From NCBI GenBank assembly GCA_963819655.1, contig CAWFXA010000002.1:1536001-1600000 (forward strand): a stretch of DNA of 64,000 nt, given 5' to 3'. Positions 29,384-40,421 of the stretch are shown here, piece by piece (position 1 is the first letter of the stretch; each line of letters opens with the position of its first letter). The stretch comes from an uncultured Chloroflexia bacterium (GTDB lineage Bacteria; Chloroflexota; Limnocylindria; Limnocylindrales; CSP1-4). The position numbers and the translations under genes were made by a program. Under the pieces are notes generated by a model. That model saw nothing but the letters and a program-made list of their open reading frames with translations, was not told the origin of the DNA and did no database searches.

Positions 29384-30257
29384 TCAGCCTCCGTACACCT
29401 GCGGACGCGCCTCGGTTCCCGCGTCGTCGAGGAGCTCGTTGTCGATCAGCCTGGTCGATCCGAAGCGGACGGCGAGCGAGGCGAGCGCCGGTCCATCGAC
29501 GACCTTGAGCTCGGCGAGCGTACGCCCATCGGCGACCGAGACGTAGTCGACCTCGGCGAGCGGCTCCGACGCGAGCACGTCCCGCATGCGCGCGCGAAGT
29601 GCGTCCCCCGATCGCTCGCCACCCTCCCAGGCCTCGCGGGCCGCGAGCAGTGCGCGGCGCAGGACCGTGGCCGCCTCGCGTTCGGCAGGGGAGAGGTGGA
29701 CGTTGCGCGACGACATCGCGAGGCCGTCGGGCTCGCGGATCGTCGGGCAGGTCACGACCTCGGTGCCGATCGCCAGGTCGTTCGCCATCTGGCGGATGAC
29801 CATGACCTGCTGCGCGTCCTTCTGGCCGAAGTACGCTCGGTCGGCGCCGACCAGCCCGAACAGGATGGCCACGACGGTGGCCACGCCATCGAAATGGCCG
29901 GGTCGCGCCGCGCCCTCGAGCGGCTGGGCGACCGCCCCGACCGACACCCGCGTGTCGAACCCCTCCGGGTAGATCTCCGGGACGTCCGGGCGCGAACACG
30001 AGATCGGCGCCCTCGGATTCGGAGATGGCGACGTCCTTCCCTTCGTTGCGTGGGTACTGCGTGTAATCGGTGGCCTCGTTGAACTGCCGCGGGTTGACGA
30101 AGATCGTGACCACCGTCGTCGCGTTCTCCTGGCGGGCGCGGCGGATGAGCGCGCGGTGGCCGTCGTGCAGCCAGCCCATCGTGGTCACCAGGCCGATCGG
30201 CCGCGGCGCGTCGTCGAGCGCCTCGCGCAGCTCGGCGCGCGTCCGCAGGACCTTCAT
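29384..30257 (-). CDS. panC: Pantoate--beta-alanine ligase (frameshift near 29989)
   Basis: TMGWLHDGH, IFVNPRQF; then RPGHFDGV, FGQKDAQQ, REPDGLAMSSRN, RLIDN in shifted frame. Confidence 0.9.
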
Positions 30258-30357
30258 GGCGGGACCGTCAACGGGCAACCGCCATTCGCGCTCCGAGGCC
30301 CGAGGCGGAGCCCCGCGACGCCATCGGCCCCAGGATCCCGGGGAAGCCGGCGAATTC

Positions 30358-31272
30358 TCAGAGGTCGCGGTCGAGGGGGATGCCGGCCACCGGGGCCTCG
30401 CCGGTCGCCCGGTCCGAGGCACCCCGGCCCAGCGCCTCGTCGAGCACCGCGTCGTCCATCCGCACGGTCTCGGCGTCGCCCGGGAACGAACCCACGGCCA
30501 CATCCGCGGCGAAGGCGCGCGCCGCATCGCCGATCGTCTTCCGCAGGTTCGCGTAGGGCCGCGCGTGGCGCGGCAGGAAGTCCCCCAAGCCGAGCAGGTC
30601 GGTGACGACCTGGACCTGGCCGCTGCATAGCGGACCCGCCCCGATCCCGATGGTCGGGATGTTCAGTCGATCTGTGATGGCGCCCGCGAGCTGCTCCGGC
30701 ATGAGCTCAAGAACGATCGAGAAAGCGCCCGCTTCCTGCACGGCAAGCGCATCGGCGAGGAGTGCGCGCGCCTGGGTCCGGTCCTTACCCTGGACCTTGA
30801 CCTTGCCGCCCATCCCGTGCTGCGCCTGCGGCGTCCAGCCGATATGGCCCATGACCGGGATCCCGGCCCTGACCATGGCATCGATGATGCGAGCGGAGCG
30901 GACACCGCCTTCGACCTTGACGGCCTGCGCCCCCGCCTCCTGGAGGAAGCGACCGGCGTTCTCGAGCGCTTCCTCGCTCGACGAGTAGGTCAGGAACGGC
31001 ATGTCGCCGATGACCAGAGCCTGGCGGGTGCCGCGCACGACGGCCTTCGTGTGGTGGAGCATCTCGGCCATCGTCACGCGGACTGTCGATTCGTAGCCGA
31101 GCATGACCTGCCCGACCGAGTCGCCCACGAGGATCAGCGGGACCCCGGCGTCATCGATGATCTGCGCGGTCGGGTAGTCGTAGGCTGTCAGCATCGGCAG
31201 CCGCTCGCCGTTGGCATGACGCTTGGCGATGTCGGCGACGGTCAGGCGACGGGTGGAGTCAGAAGCGCTCAT
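30358..31272 (-). CDS. panB: 3-methyl-2-oxobutanoate hydroxymethyltransferase
   Basis: MLTAYDY, LVGDS, DMPF, VKVEGG, GHIG.TPQ, TIGIGAG. Confidence 0.95.
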   Translation of the reverse strand: MSASDSTRRLTVADIAKRHANGERLPMLTAYDYPTAQIIDDAGVPLILVGDSVGQVMLGYESTVRVTMAEMLHHTKAVVRGTRQALVIGDMPFLTYSSSEEALENAGRFLQEAGAQAVKVEGGVRSARIIDAMVRAGIPVMGHIGWTPQAQHGMGGKVKVQGKDRTQARALLADALAVQEAGAFSIVLELMPEQLAGAITDRLNIPTIGIGAGPLCSGQVQVVTDLLGLGDFLPRHARPYANLRKTIGDAARAFAADVAVGSFPGDAETVRMDDAVLDEALGRGASDRATGEAPVAGIPLDRDL

Positions 31273-31273
31273 A

Positions 31274-32620
31274 TCAATCGCCAGTCTGCGCTGCGCTGTC
31301 GCGGTCGTCCAGCGCGCGCGAGACCCGATCCAGGAGGCGATCCGCCACCTCTCGCTTGGACATCAGGGGCAGCTCGTCCCGGCCGCCGTCTGCGTCGAGG
31401 ATCGTGACCTTGTTCGTGTCGGTCCCGAACCCGGAGCCGGGCTCCGAGACGTCGTTCGCGACCATCAGGTCGACACCCTTGCGGCGCAGCTTGCCCGCGG
31501 CCCGATCGAGGGAGCCGGTCTCCGCGGCGAAGCCGACGAGGATCGGGCGCGGGGTCATCGGCTCGTAGGTGGTCTCCCCAGTCCGGTCCGTGCCCCGCGC
31601 AAGCCGCGCGATCTGGGCGAGGACGTCGGGCGTCGGCTCAAGGTCCAGGGTCAGCCCGGCACCGCGTTCGAGCTTGGTCGCCGTGGTGGTCGACGGCCGG
31701 AAGTCGCTGACCGCGGCGGCCATGACCAGGGCGTCGAAGCCCGCCCGTCCGTCGGCGTCGTGCGTCAGGCGATGGAGGGCGGCGCGCAGGTCGGCCGTCG
31801 ACTCGATACGGATCGTCGTCGCGTCGGCCGGCGGCTCGACCTCCATGCTCGCCGCCACGAGGGTCACCCGCGCCCCGCGGGCGAGGGCGGCGGCCGCGAT
31901 CGCGACGCCCATCCGGCCGCTCGAGCGGTTCCCGATGTAGCGCACGGGGTCGATCGCCTCACGGGTGCCGCCGGCACTCACGACGATGTGGCGACCATCC
32001 AGGTCGGGCACCCTGGCATCGACCACCGGCGGCCGGGCGGCCGGATCTGCGACGCGGACCGGTCTGCTGCCGATCGCCTCGACGATGGCATCCACGATGG
32101 CCGGCAGCTCGGCGAGCCGGCCGACGCCCGATTGCCCCGAAGCGAGCTCACCGGCCTCGGGCTCGACGATCGTGTATCCGAAGTCGTCGCGAAGACGTGC
32201 GACGTTGGCCCTGGTGGCCGGGTGCGTCCACATCTCGCCGTCCATCGCGGGAGCGACGACGACGGGCGCACTCGACGCGAGGACCGTGGCGGTCACGGCA
32301 TCCCCTGACAGCCCGTTGGCCATCGCTGCGAGCCAATGCGCCGTGGCCGGCGCGACGACGATCCCGTCGACGGTATCGGCGACGACGATGTGGCCGATCC
32401 GGCCGTCCGGGAGCAGCGCAAGCACGTCGGTCTCGACGGCGTGGCGGGACAGGGACGCGAACGTCAGGGGCCCGACGAATGCCGTCGCGGCCGGGGTCAG
32501 CATCGCGACCACGTCGGCACCCTCGGCGCGGAGCTGGCGAAGCAGGTCGACTGCCTTGTACGCGGCGATGGAACCGGTGACCCCGAGACCGATGAGCCGC
32601 CCCTCGAGCCGACCGGTCAC
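31274..32620 (-). CDS. coaBC: Phosphopantothenoylcysteine decarboxylase/ligase
   Basis: GVTGSIAAYK, APATA, PAM, AGGTREAIDPVRYIGNRSSGRMG, AAVSDF, GFAAET. Confidence 0.93.
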   Translation of the reverse strand: MTGRLEGRLIGLGVTGSIAAYKAVDLLRQLRAEGADVVAMLTPAATAFVGPLTFASLSRHAVETDVLALLPDGRIGHIVVADTVDGIVVAPATAHWLAAMANGLSGDAVTATVLASSAPVVVAPAMDGEMWTHPATRANVARLRDDFGYTIVEPEAGELASGQSGVGRLAELPAIVDAIVEAIGSRPVRVADPAARPPVVDARVPDLDGRHIVVSAGGTREAIDPVRYIGNRSSGRMGVAIAAAALARGARVTLVAASMEVEPPADATTIRIESTADLRAALHRLTHDADGRAGFDALVMAAAVSDFRPSTTTATKLERGAGLTLDLEPTPDVLAQIARLARGTDRTGETTYEPMTPRPILVGFAAETGSLDRAAGKLRRKGVDLMVANDVSEPGSGFGTDTNKVTILDADGGRDELPLMSKREVADRLLDRVSRALDDRDSAAQTGD

Positions 32621-33429
32621 GGCAGGCCGAGCTCCAGCCGCTCCCCGCCGGCGACCTCGGCGTGCAGGATCGCGAGGCCCTTCAACGTCAGGTCGGGGTC
32701 GATCGCGTCGATCCCTTCGAGGTCGCGCGCCCACGGGGCGCCGGACAATCCACCGGTCAGGATCGCGTGGACGTCGGTGGGCGACACGCCGGCCTGGTCG
32801 GCCAGCTCTCGACGGATCCGCACGAGCAGGCCCGTGGCGAGCGCCTGGTATCCGAACACCGTGCCGGATTGCATGGCGCTCACGGTGTCACGGCCGATCG
32901 CGCGGTCCGGGGCACGCAACTCGATCCGCGGCAGTTTGGCGGTTCGTGCCGCGAGCGCCTCCAGCCCGAGCTCGAGTCCGGGAGCGATCGCCCCGCCGAC
33001 ATAGGCACCGTCCGCGGCGACGCAGTCGAAGGTCGTGGCGGTCCCGAAATCGACCACGACAGCCGGCGTGCCATACAGCCGGCCTGCGGCCAGCGCGTTG
33101 ACGAGCCGGTCCGCGCCGACTTCGCCCGGGCGTTCGGTGCGGACGGCCAGCGGCACGATCCCGGCGGCTGCCAGCGTCAAGGGCCGATCCCGGCGCGCGG
33201 CGATCGCCTCGACGTGCGCGGTGAGCGCGGGCACGACCGAGGCGCAGGCGATCGCATCGACGTCACCGAACGAGCCGTCATCGAGGTGCAGCAGGCCGTC
33301 GAGGGTCAGCTCGAACTCGTCGGCGGTCGCGCGCGCGTTCGTGGCGGCGCGTCGCGTCGCGACCAGCACGCCGTTGCGCAGCAGGCCGATCGTGACGTTC
33401 GTGTTGCCGATGTCGATCGCGAGCAGCAT
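32617..33429 (-). CDS. coaX: Type III pantothenate kinase
   Basis: MLLAIDIGNTN, GADR, VDFGTATT, GGAIAPG, TGG. Confidence 0.95.
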   Translation of the reverse strand: MLLAIDIGNTNVTIGLLRNGVLVATRRAATNARATADEFELTLDGLLHLDDGSFGDVDAIACASVVPALTAHVEAIAARRDRPLTLAAAGIVPLAVRTERPGEVGADRLVNALAAGRLYGTPAVVVDFGTATTFDCVAADGAYVGGAIAPGLELGLEALAARTAKLPRIELRAPDRAIGRDTVSAMQSGTVFGYQALATGLLVRIRRELADQAGVSPTDVHAILTGGLSGAPWARDLEGIDAIDPDLTLKGLAILHAEVAGGERLELGLP

Positions 33430-33567
33430 CGGCGCGATGATACGCGGCGGCTCACGGGTCCTCGTGGAACGCGGGCGACCCGTTCCCGCGGCCCACCGAC
33501 GTGCGGTACCATCGCGGGCAGTCCTCCGAGGCCAGCCCCGAGCCATCGACCTGCAGGAGACCGACTC

Positions 33568-34005
33568 GTGTCGACGTCGCCGGCCGCCAAGTTCTTCGTG
33601 AACCAGGGCGTCGTCACCAGCCCGACGGACATGCTCCACCTGCTGCGGCCGCTCCTCAAGCAGACCGTCACGTACCGCTACGTGCGCGGGCGCGACGTGG
33701 TGTCGCACGGGACCGGCTGGGTCGAGCGGATCGTGACCGATTCGCCCGACATGTCGACCTACTTCACGCCGCTGGCCATCACGCTGAACATCGACTCGTT
33801 CGAGCACCTCGAGTTCGAGACTCGCCCCGACCAGCTGCTGGTCTACACGCTCGTCCAGGGAGATGAGCGGGTCATCGTCGAGTTCGCGCCGATCGGCGCG
33901 GGTGGCGAGGACACCTCGCCGTTCGCCCCGCGTCAGCTGGAGTTCGACACCTCCGACTACGTCCAGATGGAGCTGCTCGGCCTCGACGCCCACGAAGACG
34001 AGTAG
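33568..34005 (+). CDS. Hypothetical protein
   Basis: CAGGAG SD then GTG; strong GC3 bias; acidic C-terminus. Confidence 0.7.
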   Translation: MSTSPAAKFFVNQGVVTSPTDMLHLLRPLLKQTVTYRYVRGRDVVSHGTGWVERIVTDSPDMSTYFTPLAITLNIDSFEHLEFETRPDQLLVYTLVQGDERVIVEFAPIGAGGEDTSPFAPRQLEFDTSDYVQMELLGLDAHEDE

Positions 34006-34008
34006 CGG

Positions 34009-34981
34009 CTACGCGCTGCGCTCACCCCGGACGAACGGGATCCCCAGGGCGGCCGGTGCCCCGATCCGTCGCCGCAGCGCCTCGCGCGACCCGATGATGA
34101 CCACCACGATCACGAACAGGTACGGCAGCATCTCGAGGAAGAATGTGGCCGATCGTCCCGCCTGGAACGGGTTGGTGACACCGAAGATCGACTGGACACC
34201 CTGCACGTCGAGGATGAACCGGAAGATCGCCCCGAACAGGTACGCCCCGAGCGCCGCCCGGATCGGGCTCCACTGCGCGAAGATCACCAGGCCGATCGCG
34301 ATCCAGCCGCTGGCACCCACGGTCTGGTCGCCGAACCAGCCGGGCGGAGATCGCGAGCGTGATCGCGGCCCCAGCGAGACCCGCCAACAACCCGCCGACC
34401 AGCACGTACACGTAGCGCAGCGCGACCACGTCGATGCCCTGCGCATCGGCCGCCGCCGGCCGCTCGCCGACCGCGCGCAGGTGAAGCCCGGGGCGGGTCC
34501 GGTCGATCCAGTACCAGGCCAGCGGCACCAGCACGAAGCCGACGTACGTCAGGATGCTCTGGTCGCGGAACAGGACCGGTCCGAGGAACGGGATCTCGGA
34601 GAGCACAGGAATGGTTAGCCTGGGGAGCGTCACGATCGGTCCGGCGTTCGACAGTCCGTCACCCAGCACACGGGCGAGACCGGACCCGAGGAACGTCAAC
34701 GCCAGGCCCGAGATGACCTGGTCGGCCCGGAAGGTGATCGTGACGACGGCGTGGACGAGGCCCAGCAGGCCGCCGGCCAGCATCGCCACCGCAACTCCGA
34801 CCCACGGGTCACCGACCGACGCGGTCACCGAGAAGCCGGCGACCGCCCCGATGAGCATCATCCCCTGGACGCCGAGGTTCAGCACGCCCGCGCGCTCCGC
34901 GAAGATCTCGCCCACGGCGGCGAACAGGAGGATCGTGCCGCTGGCGACACCGGCCGCCAGGATCAACGTGAGGTCGATCAT
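34009..34981 (-). CDS. Nucleoside/sugar ABC permease (frameshift near 34347)
   Basis: GEIFAERAGVLNLG, LRAVGERP.AA..QG; C-terminal GWIAIGLV...LPY...APAALG in shifted frame. Confidence 0.85.
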
Positions 34982-36066
34982 GCCGGCGCCACCGCCCCTC
35001 CGCCGATCCGGATGCGATAGCGGGTGAAGACCTCCGCCACGATCAGGCAGAAGAGGATCACGCCCTGGATCATCGCCGGGACGCCGGACGGCTGGATCTC
35101 TCGACCGGCAAGGATCAGTGCACCGAACAGGACCGACGCGAGCACCACGCGCCACGGCCCGAAGTGGGCGAGGTACGCGATGATGATCGCCGTGAACCCG
35201 TAGCCCGGCGAGATGCGGTCCTGTAGTCGATGCACGACGCCGGACACCTCGCTCATGCCGGCCAGACCGGCGAGAGCGCCGGAGATGGCGAAGACCACGA
35301 TGACGTAGCGCGCGATGTCGATGCCGGCGTAGCGGGCGGCCCGCGGGTTGTCGCCGATCAGCCGCATCTCGTAGCCCCAGCGCGTGCGCGAGAACACGAA
35401 CGACATGATCCCTGCGGCGATGAGGGCGAACACCAGGCCGAGGTGCGTGGTCAGCCCGGCGAGGACCGGGAACTGCGCGGCGAAGTCGGCGAGGCGAGGC
35501 AACCAGGCTTCCCGTGGGAATGCGACCGTCTGCTGGAACCCGCCCTCGCTCCACGGTCCGAACACCCAGAACTGGATCCACGCCAGGGCGACGTAGTTGA
35601 GCATGAGCGTCGTGATGATCTCGTTGACGCCGAGCCGCGCACGGAGCACGCCCGGCACGAGGCCCCACAGGGCACCCGCCAGCGCGCCCGCCAGCATCAT
35701 CGCCGGGATGACGACGAGCGCCGGGGTACCGGCCGGCAGGATGGGGACGAGGACGACCGCGCTGGCGCCCCACGCCCCCAACAGGAACTGGCCCTCGGCG
35801 CCGATGTTCCATAGCCGCATCCGGAACGCCAGGGCGCATGCGAGGCCCGTCAGGATGAGCGGAGTCGCTTTGACCAGCGTGTCCGACAGCACGCCGATAT
35901 CGCCGAACGCGGCGTCGACGATATGGAGATAGGCGCGGACCGGGTCGCCGCCCACGAATGCCAGCACGACTGCACCGATGACAAGCGCGACCAGCACCGC
36001 GACGATCGTCAGCACGGGCGACAGCCAGCGCGGTGGCTCGCCGCGGGGCTCAAGGCGGATGTTCAC
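34978..36066 (-). CDS. Nucleoside/sugar ABC permease
   Basis: WNIGAEGQ, NEIITTLMLNY, G.NPRAARYAG, GYGFTAI. Confidence 0.9.
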   Translation of the reverse strand: MNIRLEPRGEPPRWLSPVLTIVAVLVALVIGAVVLAFVGGDPVRAYLHIVDAAFGDIGVLSDTLVKATPLILTGLACALAFRMRLWNIGAEGQFLLGAWGASAVVLVPILPAGTPALVVIPAMMLAGALAGALWGLVPGVLRARLGVNEIITTLMLNYVALAWIQFWVFGPWSEGGFQQTVAFPREAWLPRLADFAAQFPVLAGLTTHLGLVFALIAAGIMSFVFSRTRWGYEMRLIGDNPRAARYAGIDIARYVIVVFAISGALAGLAGMSEVSGVVHRLQDRISPGYGFTAIIIAYLAHFGPWRVVLASVLFGALILAGREIQPSGVPAMIQGVILFCLIVAEVFTRYRIRIGGGAVAPA

Positions 36067-37646
36067 GCGGTTCCTGCGTCGGTGGCCGGCACGTCGCGGG
36101 ACAGGTCGTCGCCACCGGTCATGTGCAGACCGATCGTTTCCACGTCGGACGCACGTGGTGACTCGAACGACGCGGTCACCCGGCCCTCGTACATGACGAG
36201 GATGCGGTCGGCCAGGGCGAGCAGCTCCTCCAGCTCCTCGGAGATCAGCAGGATGGCGGTCCCGCGGGCACGCAGGTCGAGGAGCAGCTGATGGACGCCC
36301 TCGATCGCGCCGACGTCTAGACCACGCGTGGGCTGGACCGCGACGAGGAGGGTCGGCTCGGCGTCGATCTCGCGGGCCAGGATGAGGCGCTGCAGGTTGC
36401 CACCGGACAGGATCCGGACGGGTGCATCGAGGGTGGGTGCCGAGATCGCATACGCCTCCTGGAGTTGCTGCGCCTTCGATCGCGCCGCTCGCTCGTCGAG
36501 GAACGGACCGCGGGCCACCGGAGCTCGGCGGAATCGACGCAGGATGAGGTTGTCGACGAGCGACAGGTTCGGCGCGCTGCCGACACCGGCGCGGTCCTCC
36601 GGAACGTGCCCGACGCCGGCGTCGATGGCGACCCGTGACGGGCGAGCCGCGACGTCGCGGCCCTCGACGAGGACGCGCCCTGTGCAGGTGCGCATCCCGG
36701 TGATGACCTGCGCCAGCTCCGCCTGACCGTTGCCGGCGACTGCCGCCATGCCGACGATCTCGCCGGCCCGGACCTCCAGCGACGCCGCTCGAAGGGCGGG
36801 CAGGCCGCGATCGTTGTCTGCGGACACGCTGTCGATCGCCAGGACCACCCGGCCGGGTTCCGCGGCCGTGCGCTGAAGCGACTCGAGCACCGGGCGACCC
36901 ACCATGAGGCGAGCGAGATCGGCCCGGCTCACCCCACTCGGGTCGATCCCTGCGGCCGTCACGCGGCCGGTCCGCATGACCGTGATGCGGTCGGCGATCG
37001 CGAGGACCTCCCCGAGCTTGTGGCTGATGAACACGATGCTGCGACCCTCCTCGGCCAGCGAGCGCAGCGTCGTGAACAGCTCGGCGATCTCCTGGGGCGC
37101 GAGGACTGCTGTCGGTTCGTCCAGGATGAGCACGCGGGCGCCGTGGAACAGCAACTTGAGGATCTCGACCCGCTGCTGCTCGCCGACTGACAGCTGCCAG
37201 ACCCGAGCGCTCGGGTCGACCCGCAGACCGACACGTGCTGCCAATGCGGCGACCTCCGCCTCGGTCCGCTTGAGGTCGAGCCTGAATCGGGGTCGGTCCA
37301 GACCGAGCAAGATGTTCTCGGCGACGGTCTGCGACGGGACGAGCGTGAAGTGCTGATGCACCATCCCGATCCCGGCGGCGATGGCGTCGCGCGGCGAGCG
37401 GAACTCGACGTCCCGCCCGCCGACCCGCACCCCGCCCTGATCCGGTCGATAGAGCCCCGCCAGCACGTTCATGAGGGTGCTCTTTCCGGCTCCGTTCTCG
37501 CCGAGCAAGGCATGCACCTCACCGACGCGGACATCGAAATCCACGTGGTCGTTGGCAAGCACGCCCGGAAACGCCTTGACGACGCCGGTCGCCTCCATGG
37601 CGAGCGCCAGCGGCGCGTCGGCGGACGGCGATGCCGTTGCGCTCAC
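36063..37646 (-). CDS. Nucleoside/sugar ABC ATPase (two NBDs)
   Basis: GENGAGKSTL, LSVGEQQRVEI, LDEPT, LSGGNLQR, QPTRGLD. Confidence 0.92.
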   Translation of the reverse strand: MSATASPSADAPLALAMEATGVVKAFPGVLANDHVDFDVRVGEVHALLGENGAGKSTLMNVLAGLYRPDQGGVRVGGRDVEFRSPRDAIAAGIGMVHQHFTLVPSQTVAENILLGLDRPRFRLDLKRTEAEVAALAARVGLRVDPSARVWQLSVGEQQRVEILKLLFHGARVLILDEPTAVLAPQEIAELFTTLRSLAEEGRSIVFISHKLGEVLAIADRITVMRTGRVTAAGIDPSGVSRADLARLMVGRPVLESLQRTAAEPGRVVLAIDSVSADNDRGLPALRAASLEVRAGEIVGMAAVAGNGQAELAQVITGMRTCTGRVLVEGRDVAARPSRVAIDAGVGHVPEDRAGVGSAPNLSLVDNLILRRFRRAPVARGPFLDERAARSKAQQLQEAYAISAPTLDAPVRILSGGNLQRLILAREIDAEPTLLVAVQPTRGLDVGAIEGVHQLLLDLRARGTAILLISEELEELLALADRILVMYEGRVTASFESPRASDVETIGLHMTGGDDLSRDVPATDAGTA

Positions 37647-37700
37647 AGCCGGGTCGACTGCGAGCGGGCGCCCGTCGCCAGACGCCCGCTCACGGAGGAC

Positions 37701-39017
37701 CTAGCTCAGTGCCGGCAGCGCGACGGTGATGCCCTCGTTCCACCAGTACATGCACACGCTGCACTCGGAGCCGGGGGCGCCTGGCGGGAACTGATCGAGG
37801 TCCGACTGCTCGAGCTTCTGCCCGGCCGGTAGGAGCTCCTTACCGGTGTTGTCCACGATCGGCCCGGCGAACACGTCGAACCTCGTGAATTCGCCCGCCA
37901 GCATCTTCGCAAGCGTGTCGCGAACCTTCTGGACGTCGGCCTCGGGCAGGTCGGCGACGCCAGGCTGGGGCGTCTCGCCGTCCATGAATCCGAACAGTCC
38001 CATCGCCTTGGAGTCGGCATCGAAGTACTCGTACCCGGCGGTGTACGAGCCGCCGTTGACCGCTTCGGCGATCCGGGCGTACTCCGGGCCCCAGATCCAG
38101 TACGGCGCGGTCAGGCACGCATCGATCTTGCAGGACACCGGATGGTCGTACGTGACGCCCCACTTGCTCTTCTCGGCCGCGACGTCTGCGACGGCAGGCG
38201 TGTCGGCGCCCGTGAAGACGACTTGTGCCCCGGCATCGAACAGGGATGCGGCGCCGTCGCGCTCCTTGACCGGGTCGTGCCACGTGTTGATGAACCGGAC
38301 GTCCATCGTGCATTCCGGGCAGGTCTGCTTGACCCCACGCATGATCGCGTTCCCGAGCCGGATCTCTTCCGGGATCGGGAAGGTCGCCATGTAGCCGATC
38401 TTCGTGTTGCCGTCGGCCTTGGCACGTGAGCCGGCCAGCATGCCCGCGAGGTATTTGAAGTCCTCCATCGCGCCGAAGAAATTGCCGAAGTTCTTGCCGT
38501 TCGACTTGAAGCCGGTGAGGTGCAGGAACGTCGCGTCGGGGAACTCCTCGGCGACGGTCGCCATCGGGTCCATGTAGCCGAACGACGTTCCGATGATGAA
38601 CTGGAAACCCTTTCGGGCGAGGCTCCGGAAGACCTGCTCGGAGTCGGCGCCTTCAGGCACGAGCTCGATGTAGGCGACGTTCGTATTCGGGACGTTCTCG
38701 CAGACGTACTGGAGGCCCTCGTAATGGGCCTGGCTCCAGCCGCCGTCGTCGTGTGGGCCGATGAGGACCATCGCGACGTTGAACTTGCCCTCGGCCACGT
38801 CGGGGATCTGGAGGTCGGCACCGCCCTGGGTGCCGGCGCCGGCGCATGCGCCGCTGGCCGGCGGCGATGCTGCCCCGGAGGGCTCCACCGATGCCGGGGC
38901 CGACGCCCCGGCTGACGCGGCACCCGACGGCGCGGCCGTCGCACCCGGGCTCGCGCATGCCCCAACAACGAGGGCCAGCGTCGTCACGACTGCCAGCCAC
39001 GACAGGGTCCGCTGCAT
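37701..39017 (-). CDS. BMP-family ABC substrate-binding lipoprotein (purine nucleoside type)
   Basis: Lipobox VVGAC, DGGWSQAH, GTSFGYMD, WHDP.KE; AGGAGGAGG SD. Confidence 0.88.
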   Translation of the reverse strand: MQRTLSWLAVVTTLALVVGACASPGATAAPSGAASAGASAPASVEPSGAASPPASGACAGAGTQGGADLQIPDVAEGKFNVAMVLIGPHDDGGWSQAHYEGLQYVCENVPNTNVAYIELVPEGADSEQVFRSLARKGFQFIIGTSFGYMDPMATVAEEFPDATFLHLTGFKSNGKNFGNFFGAMEDFKYLAGMLAGSRAKADGNTKIGYMATFPIPEEIRLGNAIMRGVKQTCPECTMDVRFINTWHDPVKERDGAASLFDAGAQVVFTGADTPAVADVAAEKSKWGVTYDHPVSCKIDACLTAPYWIWGPEYARIAEAVNGGSYTAGYEYFDADSKAMGLFGFMDGETPQPGVADLPEADVQKVRDTLAKMLAGEFTRFDVFAGPIVDNTGKELLPAGQKLEQSDLDQFPPGAPGSECSVCMYWWNEGITVALPALS

Positions 39018-39152
39018 GTCCGTCCTCCTCCTGCGCGGTGACCGGCCCGACCTCGTCCTCCTCGCCGGCCGATGCGACGCGCTCCGGGGACAGGATAGCC
39101 GGGTCCATCGGCCGCGGGGCGCCTCGGACACCTTCCTGTACCATCGGCCGCG

Positions 39153-40421
39153 ATGTTCGAACGGACCGCGCTGCCCCACGGGCCGCGCGTCATCAGCTCC
39201 CGGGTCCCCGGGGCGCGTTCGGTCTCCATCGCCGCGTACGTCCTGGCCGGTTCACGCCTGGAGAGCGCCGAGGAGGCCGGTGTCGCCCATTTCATGGAAC
39301 ACATCACGTTCAAGGGCACGGCCGCGTACCCGACGACGCGCGCGATCAGCGAGGCGATCGAGGGTGTCGGCGGTTCGTTCAACGCCGCCACCGACCGCGA
39401 ATCGACCGTCTACTGGGTGCGCGTCCCGATCCGCGAGGCGACCCGGGCGATGGACGTCCTGGGCGAGCTGATCGTCCGCCCCACCCTGAGCTCCGACGAG
39501 ATCGAGGGCGAGCGCAGCGTCATCATCGAGGAGATCCGCGGCTACCAGGACGATCCGACCGAGTACGCCCAGATCCTGTTCCAGACCGCGATGTTCGGCG
39601 ACGGCCCACTGGGACGCGAGATCTGCGGCGACGAGGCCGGCATCCGGGCACTGCCCGAACAGACCATCCGCGAGTTCTGGCGGACCACCTATCGACCGGC
39701 CAACACCGTGATCGCCGTGGCCGGCGACCTCGAGCACGCTCAGGCCGTCGACCTCGCCACCACCGCATTCGGGACCGGCAACGGCGTCATCCCTGGGTTC
39801 GCGCCGGCACCCGCCCTCCCGGCCGGCGAGCGCGTCCTGGCGGGCAAGCGGCAGTCGACCCAGGCGCAGCTCGTCGTCGGTGTCCCGGCCCTGCGCCGGG
39901 ATCACCCGGATGCGTGGACGCTGGCGCTCATGAACGCCGTCCTCGGCGATGGGATGAGCAGTCGCCTGTTCCTGTCCGTCCGCGAGGAGCTCGGACTCGC
40001 GTACGACATCTCGTCCGGCCTCGTCGACTACGCCGACGCCGGCGCCCTCGAGGTCTCTGCGGGTGTCGATCCCGCGTCCCTGCGCGACGCACTGAAGGCC
40101 ATCCTCGCGGAGCTCGCCCGCCTGCGCGACGAGCCGATCCCGGCGGAGGAGCTCGACAAAGCAAAACGCTACCTGTCGGGCGGCCTCGAGTTGCGGATGG
40201 ACGAGACGCGCCACGTCGCGTCGTGGATCGGCGGTCAGGAAGCCCTCCACGACCGCGTGCTCACGGTCGACGAGGCGCTCGTCGCCATCGCCGCGGTCAC
40301 CGCCGAGGACATCCAGCGGGTCGCCACGGCACTCCTGGTCGACGACGGACTGCGACTGGCCGCGGTCGCCCCAGCGCGCTACCTGCGGGGGCTCGATCGC
40401 CATCTGCGCCTGCCCGCATGA
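39153..40421 (+). CDS. M16 (pitrilysin) family peptidase
   Basis: HFMEH (HxxEH), FNAAT, GMSSRLF..VREELGLAY. Confidence 0.92.
   Translation: MFERTALPHGPRVISSRVPGARSVSIAAYVLAGSRLESAEEAGVAHFMEHITFKGTAAYPTTRAISEAIEGVGGSFNAATDRESTVYWVRVPIREATRAMDVLGELIVRPTLSSDEIEGERSVIIEEIRGYQDDPTEYAQILFQTAMFGDGPLGREICGDEAGIRALPEQTIREFWRTTYRPANTVIAVAGDLEHAQAVDLATTAFGTGNGVIPGFAPAPALPAGERVLAGKRQSTQAQLVVGVPALRRDHPDAWTLALMNAVLGDGMSSRLFLSVREELGLAYDISSGLVDYADAGALEVSAGVDPASLRDALKAILAELARLRDEPIPAEELDKAKRYLSGGLELRMDETRHVASWIGGQEALHDRVLTVDEALVAIAAVTAEDIQRVATALLVDDGLRLAAVAPARYLRGLDRHLRLPA

Noticed and set aside
29384-30257. panC, ABC permease and gluQ as pseudogenes or programmed frameshifts
   Set aside because: Single indels with no other decay and no slippery heptamers; the pattern fits sequencing error.
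28770-30527. 585-aa ORF joining the PanC N-terminus to a secreted protein
   Set aside because: Product of the panC frameshift; the downstream gene has its own SD, ATG and signal peptide.
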